A model generated the notes under the pieces. The model searched no databases, was not told the DNA's origin, and saw only the letters and a program-made list of their open reading frames with translations. Position numbers and translations under genes: made by a program. A stretch of 64,000 nt of DNA from an uncultured delta proteobacterium (GTDB taxonomy: Bacteria; Myxococcota_A; Polyangia; Polyangiales; Polyangiaceae). This document shows, one piece after another, positions 29,264 through 39,121 of the stretch (its first letter is position 1; every line of letters begins with the position of its first letter). The stretch covers positions 2,016,001 to 2,080,000 of the forward strand of contig CAWAIF010000003.1 in NCBI GenBank assembly GCA_963782055.1, written 5' to 3'.

Positions 29264-30061
29264 ATGGCTCGCATGGCCCACACCTTCATCGTCACCGGCG
29301 CCTCCGCCGGCATCGGCGCTGCCGTCGCGTACGCCTACGCCTCCCGTGGGGACAACGTCGTGCTCGCGTCCCGCGACGAGCAGGCCCTCTCGCAGCTCGC
29401 CGAGCGGTGCGAGCGGGCAGGGGGCAAGGCCCTGGTGGTCCGCACCGACGTCACCGACCCCGCGCAGTGCAAGGCGCTCGTCGACCGGACGCTGGAGCGC
29501 TTCGGCGGCGTCGACGTCCTCGTCAACAACGCGGGCATCAGCATGTGGGCGCGCTTCGACGAGATCACCGACCTGTCGATCTTCGAGCGCATCATGCGGG
29601 TCAACTACCTGGGCACGGTGTACTGCACCTACCACGCGCGGGCCGCGCTGGAGCGCTCGCATGGGCTCATCGTCGGCATCTCGTCGCTCACCGGCAAGAC
29701 CGGCGTGCCCACGCGCTCCGCCTACGCCGCCAGCAAGCACGCCATGCAGGGCTTCCTCGACTCCATCCGCATCGAGCTCCGGCCCCGCGGCGTCGACGTG
29801 CTCGTCGTCTCGCCAGGCTTCGTCAAGACCGACATCCGCGCGCGCGTGCTCGGCCCGGACGGCAAGCCGCTCGCCGCGAGCCCGCGCGACGAGAGCAAGG
29901 ACACGATGAGCGTCGAGGAGTGCACCGACATCATCGTGCGCGCCATCGACACGCGGAAGCGCGAGGTGGTGATGACCCCGCGCGCGAAGCTGGGGCTGTG
30001 GGTCAAGCTGGTGGCGCCGGGCCTGGTGGATCGCCTCGCCGAGCGCGCGGTCAGGACGTAG
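29264..30061 (+). CDS. Classical short-chain dehydrogenase/reductase
   Basis: TGASAGIG, NNAG and YAASK; start could be 29273. Confidence 0.92.
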   Translation: MARMAHTFIVTGASAGIGAAVAYAYASRGDNVVLASRDEQALSQLAERCERAGGKALVVRTDVTDPAQCKALVDRTLERFGGVDVLVNNAGISMWARFDEITDLSIFERIMRVNYLGTVYCTYHARAALERSHGLIVGISSLTGKTGVPTRSAYAASKHAMQGFLDSIRIELRPRGVDVLVVSPGFVKTDIRARVLGPDGKPLAASPRDESKDTMSVEECTDIIVRAIDTRKREVVMTPRAKLGLWVKLVAPGLVDRLAERAVRT

Positions 30062-30068
30062 GCGGCCC

Positions 30069-30611
30069 TCAGCCGGCGCTGCGTCGAGCCGAGGCGGGCG
30101 GGGTCGACGCGGCGTGCAGCATGCGGTCGGCGAGGTCGATGCGCGCGGCGAGCTCGGTCGCGGCGCGCGCCGCGCCGCCATCCAGGTTGCGCAGGATGGC
30201 GACCGTCTCCGCACCCTCCCGCTCCACGCCCATGAGCAGTCGCATCGACGACTCCTCCGCCGCGAGCTCCAGCGCCACGCGCCGCTGCGCGCCCTCGTAG
30301 GCGAAGGCGCACGCGAGCGCGCTCGCCACGCCGGTCATCCACTCGGCGCAGGCCTCCAGCCACGTGCGCGTGACGTGCGGACAGCCGAGGTCGCGCGTCC
30401 ACTTCTCCACGTCCGCCGCCGCGCGCTCCACCAGCGCGAGGGTCGTCACGATGCCGGTGTCGGCCCTGGTGCCATGCTCGCGGACGGTCTCCTCCACGCC
30501 CTGCAGCGCGAGGGCCATCTCCGCGCGGCAACCGACCGAGACGCGGAGGCGGGTCTGTGAGCGAGGCTCGGGCGCCCGCGGGGGCGTGTCCCGTGAAGCA
30601 AGCTTGTCCAT
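30069..30611 (-). CDS. Hypothetical helical protein
   Basis: 3' part of the long ORF with plausible codon usage, filling the gap between the SDR and the DUF6909-like gene. Confidence 0.5.
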   Translation of the reverse strand: MDKLASRDTPPRAPEPRSQTRLRVSVGCRAEMALALQGVEETVREHGTRADTGIVTTLALVERAAADVEKWTRDLGCPHVTRTWLEACAEWMTGVASALACAFAYEGAQRRVALELAAEESSMRLLMGVEREGAETVAILRNLDGGAARAATELAARIDLADRMLHAASTPPASARRSAG

Positions 30612-30736
30612 GCCCGGGGTTTCTGCAATCGCCGGACCAGCCACGAGATCGTTCGTGAATCCGGCGCCGAGGCGGGCGATCGTGAAAACCTGGTTGCTCG
30701 ATCTCGAAAAAAGTTGCGAGGTCCCCCCGGGAAGAC

Positions 30737-32422
30737 TCACCGCGTCACGCGCGCCAGCTCCCGCTCCAGGATGCGCCGCACGATGGCGATGGCGCAGGAG
30801 TAGGTGCTGTCCACGCCGAAGTAGCTCAGGCTCTTGGAGAGGAGCGACTGCCTGCGGGAGTACGGCGTGTCGCTCGCGTAGTGGAGCAGCCCGAGCTCGA
30901 AGGGCGCGCGGCCGGCGAGGTTGACGATCTCGTTGGTGCTCACCCGCGTCGGGCTCGCCAGCTCGTAGGTCGCCGAGAGGAAGGGACCGGCCTCCATCTC
31001 CAGCACGGTGTAGCCGTCCCGGTAGAAGGCGTTCATGTAGTGCTTGTTCTGCAGGAAGGCGCTGCGCACGGTGAGCGCGGCCTGGTTGTCGAAGACGCTG
31101 CCGTGGCGCAGGTACGGCTGTACGTCCTTCGCCGAGAAGGCGTTCTCGAAGAGGAAGGTGTTGCGCGTGTGCTCGTCGAACACCACGCCGGGGAGCATGA
31201 CGTCGCCCACCCGCCCGTTCAGCGTCGCGGCCTTGCCCATGACGTAGATGCCCCGGAGCTCCCCCACGCCCTGGCCCAGGCGCGAGAGCAGGTGATACGC
31301 CGCCATGCCCAGCGGGTAGTCGATGTTGACGATCAGCGCGTCGCTCCGCGTGAGGCGCTCCAGGCCCGGCACGAGGAGGCGCGGGTCGAGGCGCGCAGGG
31401 TCCAGCTTGCCGAGGTCGACGATCTGCACGTCGACGTCGATGTGCCCCGGCTCGGAGAGGTGCGCGAGCCCCGACTCCGCCTCGAAGGCGCGGACCTGCC
31501 GCATGCGCGCCCCGGTCTTGTCGTGGTGGATGTACCCGCGCAGCAGGTAGTGGAGCAGCCCGGCGTGGGCCGCCTCGTCGCCGCCGGCGATCGCCTGCTC
31601 CAGGTCCGGCCAGAGGCCCTCCGGGTTGCACTCCTTCGCCCACGCCGCGATGGGCCCCGCGTGCGTCCACGCGTAGCCGCCGACCAGGTTGGCGATGGCG
31701 TGCGTGTTGGACGAGACGAAGTAGACAGGCGCGCGGCGCGGCGGCGAGGAGCGCAGGTACTCCGGCTCGATGCCGCTCCACCACCGCTGCGCCACGCGCT
31801 GGTACTGCGAGTAGCTGGACGCGAGCATCTGGACCGAGAGGTCGGAGTCGCGCTCGCGCACCCGCGCGATGCCGCGCGCGTAGTCGCCGCCGAAGGCGTC
31901 CTTGAGCGTGCGCATCGCCGTCTCGTCCAGCCCGAGCACCCGCGCGACGTGGGGGTCGTCGAGCTCGCCGGGCTCCGCGCGCAGACGCGCGTGCATCTTG
32001 TTCCACTCGATCTGGTAGGCCGTGACGATGGGGACGAGGTCGTCGATGTCGCTCACGCTGGCGATGAAGGCGGCGAGGGTGCCCTTGCCGTCCCAGCGCA
32101 GCGGGCGGCGGCGGCCGCGCGTGCGCACCACCTCCCAGTCGCGCACCTCGAAACCTTCGGCCTCGAAGAGCTCGTGCGACTGGCCCATCACCAGCAGCCT
32201 GGCCTCGAGCATCTCGGCGGGGAGTCGCGCGGCGGAGTAGGCGAACGCCGAGACGTCCGGCTCGAGGGACAGCGCGTGCGGGTGCAGCGAGGAGGCGCTG
32301 TAGGCGTGGGCCTCCTCGAAGGCGCGTACGCGGACGCGCCCGGAGGAGCGCAGGAGCGACGTGTACGTGCGGACGTAGAGGTCGATCTCGTCGGACGGGG
32401 CTACCGGCGGCTGGCGTTCCAC
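30737..32422 (-). CDS. Conserved protein resembling DUF6909, with a C-terminal nucleoside-phosphorylase/AMP-nucleosidase-like fold
   Basis: EIDLYVRTY.SLLRS N-terminus; YVMGKAATL..RVGDV and VLEMEAGP resemble PNP-fold motifs; TAAGAT -10 before the GTG. Confidence 0.65.
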   Translation of the reverse strand: MERQPPVAPSDEIDLYVRTYTSLLRSSGRVRVRAFEEAHAYSASSLHPHALSLEPDVSAFAYSAARLPAEMLEARLLVMGQSHELFEAEGFEVRDWEVVRTRGRRRPLRWDGKGTLAAFIASVSDIDDLVPIVTAYQIEWNKMHARLRAEPGELDDPHVARVLGLDETAMRTLKDAFGGDYARGIARVRERDSDLSVQMLASSYSQYQRVAQRWWSGIEPEYLRSSPPRRAPVYFVSSNTHAIANLVGGYAWTHAGPIAAWAKECNPEGLWPDLEQAIAGGDEAAHAGLLHYLLRGYIHHDKTGARMRQVRAFEAESGLAHLSEPGHIDVDVQIVDLGKLDPARLDPRLLVPGLERLTRSDALIVNIDYPLGMAAYHLLSRLGQGVGELRGIYVMGKAATLNGRVGDVMLPGVVFDEHTRNTFLFENAFSAKDVQPYLRHGSVFDNQAALTVRSAFLQNKHYMNAFYRDGYTVLEMEAGPFLSATYELASPTRVSTNEIVNLAGRAPFELGLLHYASDTPYSRRQSLLSKSLSYFGVDSTYSCAIAIVRRILERELARVTR

Positions 32423-32431
32423 GCCGCCATC

Positions 32432-33379
32432 TTACTCGCCGTCGGGGCTCGCGAACGCTTCCTCGACGAGGGCGCGAGCCTCGGCGAGCCGGCGCTCCTG
32501 CTCGGGGTCGCGCGGCCGCGCGGCCGGCGGCGCCGCGGGGAGGGGCGGCGCGTCGTCCTTCGACCCGCGGGACGAGAAGATGCGCGAGAGCCACCCCCTG
32601 GGGCGCGCCAGCTTGAAGGCCCCTTCCGCCACGGACTCGGGCTCCTCCCGCAGGGCGCGCGCGAGCTCCCGGTTGGATTCCATCCACGCCCACGCCTCGT
32701 CGAAGGCCTCGCGCTGCGTGGCCTCCATGTGGGCGCGCGCACGCGCCGGCCTGATCTCGTGCTGCCCGCAGAAGAGCGCCACGAGCACCGCCGTCTCGGC
32801 GACGCCCAGCGCGGTGCCCTGGTGCACGTGCACGCCGCCGCACGACTTCTGGTACACGTGCGACGCCGCGAGCAGCAGCAGGCCCATACCGGACGCCGCC
32901 GCGGCGAGCTCGCTGCGCACGCCGACCTCCGACGCATCCGGCTCCTCGCCCGCCTCCGCGAGGATCATCGCGCCCACGCCCCGCGCGAGCGACGCCACCA
33001 TCCGCGCGGGCGTGCCGGTGTCCGCCATCGCCAGCGGGAGGCGGTAGCCGCTCCCCACGTGGGCGACGCCGTCCAGCCGCGCCGCGCCGCCTGGCGCGCA
33101 GCTCGTCGCGCACGCGCCGGTGCCGCAGCCGCCCGCGGCCTCCTCGCCGTCCTCCACCAGCGCGATCTGCACGCCCAGCCCATCGTCGAGGGGCGAGTAG
33201 CTGATCAGCCGGCGCAGCAACCGGCCGAGGCTCTCGCCGTCGCGCTCGAAGCGATCGGGGAAGTGCTCGGCGGTCGGCGTCACCAGCTCCGCGCCCTCCC
33301 ACACGTCGCCGGCCGCCGCGAGGATCTCGGCGTAGCCCTGGACCAGGTCGCGCAGGGTGCCTTCCGGGGGGAGCGTCAT
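32432..33379 (-). CDS. Hypothetical protein with a Cys cluster
   Basis: Clean ORF containing GGCGTGACATSC and KSCGG; TG-C-TAGAAT -10 lies 7 nt before the ATG. Confidence 0.75.
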   Translation of the reverse strand: MTLPPEGTLRDLVQGYAEILAAAGDVWEGAELVTPTAEHFPDRFERDGESLGRLLRRLISYSPLDDGLGVQIALVEDGEEAAGGCGTGACATSCAPGGAARLDGVAHVGSGYRLPLAMADTGTPARMVASLARGVGAMILAEAGEEPDASEVGVRSELAAAASGMGLLLLAASHVYQKSCGGVHVHQGTALGVAETAVLVALFCGQHEIRPARARAHMEATQREAFDEAWAWMESNRELARALREEPESVAEGAFKLARPRGWLSRIFSSRGSKDDAPPLPAAPPAARPRDPEQERRLAEARALVEEAFASPDGE

Positions 33380-33418
33380 GCGTTACATTCTAGCAAAGGC
33401 CCGGCCGGGCCGCCCGAG

Positions 33419-34315
33419 ATGCCGTTCACCCTCGCCACGTTCAACACGCTCGACCTCTTCGAACCCGAGGACCAGGGTTCGCGTGACGTGATGCGCGTGA
33501 AGCTCGCGGCGTTCGGCAAGATGCTGCGGCCGCTGCACGTCGACGTGCTGGCGTTGCAGGAGGTGGGGTCGGCCGCCATGGTCCAGGCGGTGGGTGAGGC
33601 GATCGGCGGCGGCTTCGCCGACCCGGTCGTGGGCCGGGCCGACAAGCGCGGCATCCGCAACGCCGTCGTCAGCCGGCGCCCCATCCTGGGCGCCGAGACC
33701 CTCCACCGCCCGTCGCTCGACTTCCCCGTCTTCCACCGCGGCGATCCCCACCCCTTCCCGGAGCGCATTCCCCTGCGGCGCGCCGTCCCGAGCGTCCTGG
33801 TCGACGCGGGCGACGTGGGGCGCGTGCGCGTGCTGTGCGTCCACTTCAAGTCGCGGCGCGTCGTCCCCCTGCGCGACGAGTCGGGGGAGCCGCTGCCCGG
33901 CCGGTCTGCCGCGGACGGCGCGGAGGCCGAGCTGCGGTCGCTCGTGCTGCGCTCGGCCGAGGCCCTCTTCGTCCGGCGCGCGGTGGACGCCATCCTGGAG
34001 CGCGACCCCACGGCTCAGGTGGCTGTCTGCGGGGACCTCAACGACGTCGCCGGTTCCGTCACAGTGCGAATCGTGCAGGGCGACGGTCCGACGGCGCTCC
34101 ACTCGTGCGGCGAGCTGGTCCCGGAGGCGCAGCGCTTCAGCGTCCTGCACGACGGCCTCCCCGCCGCGATCGATCACGTCCTCTGCACCGAGAATCTGGC
34201 CCGCAAGGTGAGCATGGCGTGCTTCGTCAACGACTCTTTGCGCAGCCACGAGCTGTTGCCGGAGGGCCCCAAGCCGGACTCCGATCACGCGCCGCTCGTC
34301 GTCCGCTTCGGCTAA
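33419..34315 (+). CDS. Endonuclease/exonuclease/phosphatase (EEP) family protein
   Basis: ATFN, LALQEV, HFKS, GDLND, IDHV and SDHAP. Confidence 0.9.
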   Translation: MPFTLATFNTLDLFEPEDQGSRDVMRVKLAAFGKMLRPLHVDVLALQEVGSAAMVQAVGEAIGGGFADPVVGRADKRGIRNAVVSRRPILGAETLHRPSLDFPVFHRGDPHPFPERIPLRRAVPSVLVDAGDVGRVRVLCVHFKSRRVVPLRDESGEPLPGRSAADGAEAELRSLVLRSAEALFVRRAVDAILERDPTAQVAVCGDLNDVAGSVTVRIVQGDGPTALHSCGELVPEAQRFSVLHDGLPAAIDHVLCTENLARKVSMACFVNDSLRSHELLPEGPKPDSDHAPLVVRFG

Positions 34316-34366
34316 CGACCGCGTCGCGGTCCGCATTTTTCGATATAGTGGGCGGCCCGTCCGTCC

Positions 34367-36379
34367 ATGAACGATCCCTCGGCTCAACACGAGCTCGACG
34401 CCCTCATCCAGCAGGCCGACGAAGCGCGACGCCTCAGTGCCTTCGACGACGCACTCACGGCGTACAAGCGCGCGTTGATGGTCAGCTCGGAGGACGACGT
34501 GCTCGAGCGCGCGAGCATCTACGCCGGCATCGGCGAGACGAAGCGCGCGCAGGGCAAGGGGCGCGAGGCGGAGCTCAACTACGACAAGGCGCTCTCGCTG
34601 ATGCCGGGCTACAAGCCGGCGCTCACGGCGATGATCGACATCGCCGTCGCCGAGAAGGACTGGCGCCGCGTCGCCACCCTCTACGTGCGCCTCTCCGAGC
34701 ACGCCATCGACGACGACGCGAAGGCGGACGCCCTCAAGCACGCGGCGGAGGTCCAGCTCCGCGAGCTCTCCGACACCCGCGCGGCGATCGAGACGCTGGA
34801 GCGCGCGCGCGCCCTCGTGGGCGACGACACCGAGGTGCTCGGCGCGCTGCGAGGCCTCTACGAGAAGATCCACCGCTGGCCCAAGGTGGTGGAGGTGCTC
34901 GGCGCGCTCTGCACCGAGACCGACGACGCGGCCGAGCGCGCCTCGCTGCGCTTCGAGCAGGCGGACATCACCCTCGGTCGCCTCCGCGACGAGCCCAAGG
35001 GCCTCGGCTTCCTCGAGGCCGCGCTGGAGGAGGACCCCACCCACGAGAAATCGCTGGTGGCGCTGGTGGCCGTGCGCACCAAGCTCGGCCACTGGGCCGA
35101 CCTGGAGCGCATCTACGCGCGCCTCATCGATCGCCACGCCGAGCGCGGGGACGCACAGCGCGCGTGGGACGTGTGCAAGCGCCTCGGCACCCTCCGGCGC
35201 GACAAGCTCGGCGACGGCCCCGGCGCGATCGAGGCGTTCGTCGGCGCGGTGAAGGTGAGGCCGGACGACGCCGAGACGCGCGCCGCCCTCGCCGAGCTGT
35301 ACATCGCCAAGGGCGAGCCGGCGGCGGCGCTCGCGGAGCTGGAGCACGCCGCGGCCTCCGCGCCGACGCGCGCGCAGACGTTCCGCCGCCTGTACGAGAT
35401 CCACGTCAAGCGAGGCGTCACCGACCGCGCCTGGCTGGCGGCGCTCGCCCTGGAAGAGCTCGGGGCCGCCGACATGGACCACCAGCTCACCGTCGACCAG
35501 TTCAAGCCGGAGGGCGCGCTGCGCCCCACCGCCACGCTGGACGACGCGACGTGGGACGCCTCGCTGCGCGCGCCCGGTCACGACCGGCTGCTCGAGGCCA
35601 TGCTCCGCGCCGTCTCCACCGCGGCGGTGGAGGCGAAGCTCGCGGAGCTCGGGGCCGCCCGGAAGCTCGTCACCCTCGACCCCGCCGCCAAGCAGGATCC
35701 GGCGAGCACCGTCTCCATCGTGCGCACCTTCGTCTGGGCGAGCCACGTGCTCGGCATTCCGGTGCCGGACATCTACGCCCTGCCCGACGTGCCCGGCGGC
35801 ATCGCCGCGGTCCCCACGCACGCGCCGACGACCGCCGTCGGCCCGGCGGTGCTGCGCAACCAGACGGTGCCGGAGCTCGCCTTCGTCGTCGCGCGGCACC
35901 TCACCTACTTCCGGCCGGAGCACTACCCGCTCGTCTTCTACCCCACGCTGCCCGAGCTCACCGCGCTCTTCCTCGCCATGCTCAAGGTCGCCCTCCCGGA
36001 GGTGCCCATCCCGGCGAACGAGTCGGTGGCCAAGCTTCGCAAGGGGATCGCCAGGTTCCTCGCGCCGGAGCAGAAGGAGCCGCTGGTCGCCGCGGCGAAG
36101 GCGTTCGAGGAAGCGGGCGGGCGCGCCGACCTCGCGCAGTGGATCCGCAGCGTGGAGCTCACCGCTCACCGCGCGGCGCTCGTCCTCTGCGGTGACTTCC
36201 ACGTCGCCATGAAGCGCATCAAGGGAGAGACACGCGTCATCGCCGACGTGACGGGCGCCGACCGCCGCCTCAATCTCGTCGCGTACCTCGCGTCGTCCGG
36301 CCTCGCCGACGCACGGCAGAAGCTGGGTTTCGGCCCGTCACCCTCCATCCGCCCGCCCCCGCCCGAAGCGCCGGAGTGA
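34367..36379 (+). CDS. TPR-repeat protein with a C-terminal myxobacterial peptidase-like helical domain
   Basis: Repeated TPR-like helices; ELAFVVARHL and TAHRAALVLCGD resemble an M48-like domain lacking HExxH. Confidence 0.75.
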   Translation: MNDPSAQHELDALIQQADEARRLSAFDDALTAYKRALMVSSEDDVLERASIYAGIGETKRAQGKGREAELNYDKALSLMPGYKPALTAMIDIAVAEKDWRRVATLYVRLSEHAIDDDAKADALKHAAEVQLRELSDTRAAIETLERARALVGDDTEVLGALRGLYEKIHRWPKVVEVLGALCTETDDAAERASLRFEQADITLGRLRDEPKGLGFLEAALEEDPTHEKSLVALVAVRTKLGHWADLERIYARLIDRHAERGDAQRAWDVCKRLGTLRRDKLGDGPGAIEAFVGAVKVRPDDAETRAALAELYIAKGEPAAALAELEHAAASAPTRAQTFRRLYEIHVKRGVTDRAWLAALALEELGAADMDHQLTVDQFKPEGALRPTATLDDATWDASLRAPGHDRLLEAMLRAVSTAAVEAKLAELGAARKLVTLDPAAKQDPASTVSIVRTFVWASHVLGIPVPDIYALPDVPGGIAAVPTHAPTTAVGPAVLRNQTVPELAFVVARHLTYFRPEHYPLVFYPTLPELTALFLAMLKVALPEVPIPANESVAKLRKGIARFLAPEQKEPLVAAAKAFEEAGGRADLAQWIRSVELTAHRAALVLCGDFHVAMKRIKGETRVIADVTGADRRLNLVAYLASSGLADARQKLGFGPSPSIRPPPPEAPE

Positions 36380-36391
36380 ACGCCCCGCGCG

Positions 36392-37450
36392 CTACCTCGC
36401 GGTGAGCGCGACCTCGGCTGTGCAGACCTCCACCGTGACGTCGCGCTCGGTCGCGTCGGCGACGCGCGTGGGGCAGTCGGCGAAGGCGAGGGCGCGCGTG
36501 GGCGCCCCGAGATCCACGCGCACGGTGCGCGCGGCGTGCGTCGCCTCGGCCGTCGCGGCGTGCACCGAGACGGGCGCGCCGTGCAGTGACGGCAGCAGCA
36601 GCCTCAGCGCGCGGCCGAAGGCGAAGGCGTCGCGGAAGCGTCCGCGCGGCGACCGGGCCGTCGCCAGCGCGACCGCGCCCCAGAGCTCGTCGCCGAGCCC
36701 CTCGATGCGCCCGGGATCGCGCTTCTCGCGCGCGCGGGTGACCGCCGCGCGGCCGACGACGTCGTCGAAGGGACCGCGGCCGGCCAGCATCTCGTACAGG
36801 ACCAGCCCGGTGCTGTAGACGTCGCTCGCCGGCCCGAGCAGGTCGCCGCGGAGCTGCTCCGGGCTCGCGTAGCGCACGGTGCCGCCGAAGCGCGCGGTGT
36901 GACGGTGAGCGCCGAGCAGGTGCACCACGCCGAAGTCGAGCAGCTTGGGCACGATCTCGCCGGACCGCTCGCGGTGCAGGAACACGTTGTCCGGCTTCAC
37001 GTCGCAGTGCAGGACGCCCACGTCGTGCGCGTGGTCGAGCGCCGACAGCAGGTCGATCGCCACCGTCACGGCACCGCGCTGCGAGAGGGGGCCGGCGCGC
37101 AGCACGTCGCCCAGCGTGGCGCCGTGGAGCCGCTCCATCACGATGTAGGGGACGCGCAGCGCGCCGGTGGTGGCGCCCGCCGTGAAGACGCGCACCACGT
37201 TCGGGTGCGACAGCCGGCCCATCACGCGCGCCTCCCGGCGCATCCGGCCCTCCAGGTCGGGGTCGCCGGCGAGCTCGCCCAGCAGCGTCTTGAGCACGTA
37301 CCGCTTGCCGATGGAGACGTCCTCCACCTCGTAGACCTCGCCCATGCCACCGGTGGCGAGGGGGCGCAGCACGCGGTAGCGGCTCCCGGGGATCAGCTCG
37401 CCGGTCGAGAAGGCGAAGACGTCCATCGCGCGGCCCATCGGACCGCCCAC
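36392..37450 (-). CDS. Cytoplasmic Ser/Thr protein kinase (non-RD, HCD)
   Basis: ATGGMGEVY, VLK, HCDVKPDN, DFG and YASPE; no TM; exact start uncertain. Confidence 0.88.
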   Translation of the reverse strand: MGGPMGRAMDVFAFSTGELIPGSRYRVLRPLATGGMGEVYEVEDVSIGKRYVLKTLLGELAGDPDLEGRMRREARVMGRLSHPNVVRVFTAGATTGALRVPYIVMERLHGATLGDVLRAGPLSQRGAVTVAIDLLSALDHAHDVGVLHCDVKPDNVFLHRERSGEIVPKLLDFGVVHLLGAHRHTARFGGTVRYASPEQLRGDLLGPASDVYSTGLVLYEMLAGRGPFDDVVGRAAVTRAREKRDPGRIEGLGDELWGAVALATARSPRGRFRDAFAFGRALRLLLPSLHGAPVSVHAATAEATHAARTVRVDLGAPTRALAFADCPTRVADATERDVTVEVCTAEVALTAR

Positions 37451-37567
37451 CCCTCCCGTTGCGGCCCCCCCTCATTTCTGCGGCGGACGTCGGAGCGCAA
37501 GGCTCCTTGCAATCCGGCGGGCGGGTCCGACGGCGCGCAGGTGCGCCGGAGGGGGGCGGGGGCCGAC

Positions 37568-38506
37568 CTACCGATCGAGCGTCATCAGCTCGTCGATCAG
37601 CTCGCCGGGGCTGCGCCGGCCGAAGAGCGCGCTGTCCAGGGCCGCCAGGATGGGCGCGCGGACCTTCGCCCGGGCCGCCCACGCCACCACCCGCGGGATG
37701 AGCTCCACCGCCTCCACGCGCAGCTCCGCCGCGCGCACCGCCTCCTCCAGCTTCTGGCCGCGCGCCAGGGCCGCGCCCAGCCGGACCTCCGGGCGGTCCT
37801 TCTGGGCGATGCACGCCAGCAGATCGCCGTACCCCGCCAGTCCGAGCAGCGTCCGCTCGTCTCCGCCCGCCGCCGACGCGATGCGCGCGGCCTCCTCGAT
37901 CGCCCGCGTGATGAGCGCCGCCGAGAGCCCGGGCCCGAGCCCGAGCTGGTCGGCGTAGCCGATGCCGATGGCGAGGCAGCCGACGAGCGCGCTCGCCCAC
38001 TCCAGGCCGCACAGATCGGGCGTCGTGTAGACGCGCAGCGTCCGGCAGCCGAAGGCCGCGGAGGAGGCCTCCACCACCTCCGGGTAGGCCGAGCCGCACA
38101 CCAGCACCGCCGGCCGCCCGGCGAGCAGGTCCTCGCTCAGCGCGGGGCCGCCCAGCGCGCCCACGCGCCGCACCGGCGTCTCGCGCCGCACCACGGCGCT
38201 CACCGTCTGCAGCTCGTCGCCCTCGGCGACCAGGCCCCGGACGCCGTGCACCACCAGGTGGCTGCTGCCGACGTGGTCCCCCAGCTCCCGGGCGACCTCG
38301 CCGACGACGTGGGAGGGGATGGCGAGCACCACCAGCCGGGCCGCCGCCACGTCGGCGAGGTCGCTGGTGCGCTGCACGCCCCCCGGCATCTCCCCGCGGC
38401 CGCGGCGCGAGTAGACGAGCGGCTTCGCGCCGGCGCGGGCGGCCGCCGCCGCGAGGGCCAGCCCCCACGCGCCTGCCCCCACGATGGCGACGCTCGGCTC
38501 CGTCAT
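37568..38506 (-). CDS. gpsA: NAD(P)H-dependent glycerol-3-phosphate dehydrogenase homologue with a degenerate active site
   Basis: GAGAWG, LGGP, LRVY..D..G.E and GLAGYGDL are present, but the KN and SRN motifs are absent. Confidence 0.7.
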   Translation of the reverse strand: MTEPSVAIVGAGAWGLALAAAAARAGAKPLVYSRRGRGEMPGGVQRTSDLADVAAARLVVLAIPSHVVGEVARELGDHVGSSHLVVHGVRGLVAEGDELQTVSAVVRRETPVRRVGALGGPALSEDLLAGRPAVLVCGSAYPEVVEASSAAFGCRTLRVYTTPDLCGLEWASALVGCLAIGIGYADQLGLGPGLSAALITRAIEEAARIASAAGGDERTLLGLAGYGDLLACIAQKDRPEVRLGAALARGQKLEEAVRAAELRVEAVELIPRVVAWAARAKVRAPILAALDSALFGRRSPGELIDELMTLDR

Positions 38507-38650
38507 GACGCGGCCACTGTATCACCGGGGGCGGGTGGGTGGAGACGGCCCGAAGGCCTTGCGCCAGGGCGCCGCAGCGATTAGGTTTCGCGCCCCTCCT
38601 ATGCCGCTGCCGTCCCGGCGCGGCCCCGTCGGAGGACCTCGGAGCCGGTC

Positions 38651-39031
38651 ATGAAGGAAGGAATTCACCCCAACTACCCCGCCGCCCGCGTGACCTGCGC
38701 CTGCGGCAACACGTTCGTGACGCGCTCCACGCGCGGGGACTTCCAGGTCGACGTCTGCGCCAAGTGCCACCCCTTCTACACCGGCACGGTCAAGCTGCTC
38801 GACACCGCCGGCCGCGTCGACCGCTTCCGCAAGCGCTACGAGAAGACGAAGGCCGCCCAGGCCCAGGCCCAGGCCAAGGCGGCGGCGGACGCGGCCAAGG
38901 CCGGCACCGCCAAGGCAGAGCCCGCTGCCGAGGCGAAGGCCCCTCAGGCGAAGGCCGCCGAGGCGAAGGCCCCCGAGGCGAAGGCCCCCGAGGCGAAGGC
39001 CCCCGAGGGCGAGCCCACGCCCGAAGCCTGA
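38651..39031 (+). CDS. rpmE: 50S ribosomal protein L31, zinc-binding type, with an Ala/Lys/Pro/Glu-rich tail
   Basis: [23 protein letters not shown] and GRVDRF; EAKAP repeats. Confidence 0.97.
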   Translation: MKEGIHPNYPAARVTCACGNTFVTRSTRGDFQVDVCAKCHPFYTGTVKLLDTAGRVDRFRKRYEKTKAAQAQAQAKAAADAAKAGTAKAEPAAEAKAPQAKAAEAKAPEAKAPEAKAPEGEPTPEA

Positions 39032-39121
39032 GAACTCTGCCATCGCAAGGTCACATCCGGCTGACCTGACTGCGGCCCCGCTTGCGATCCTCGCGCCGGG
39101 GCACCATCCTGCCGGTTGAGC

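Noticed and set aside
30069..36202. 1077-, 1144- and 939-aa ORFs suggesting giant or overlapping genes
   Set aside because: Only the terminal portions (30069-30611 and 33419-34315) look coding; the rest overlaps better-supported genes.
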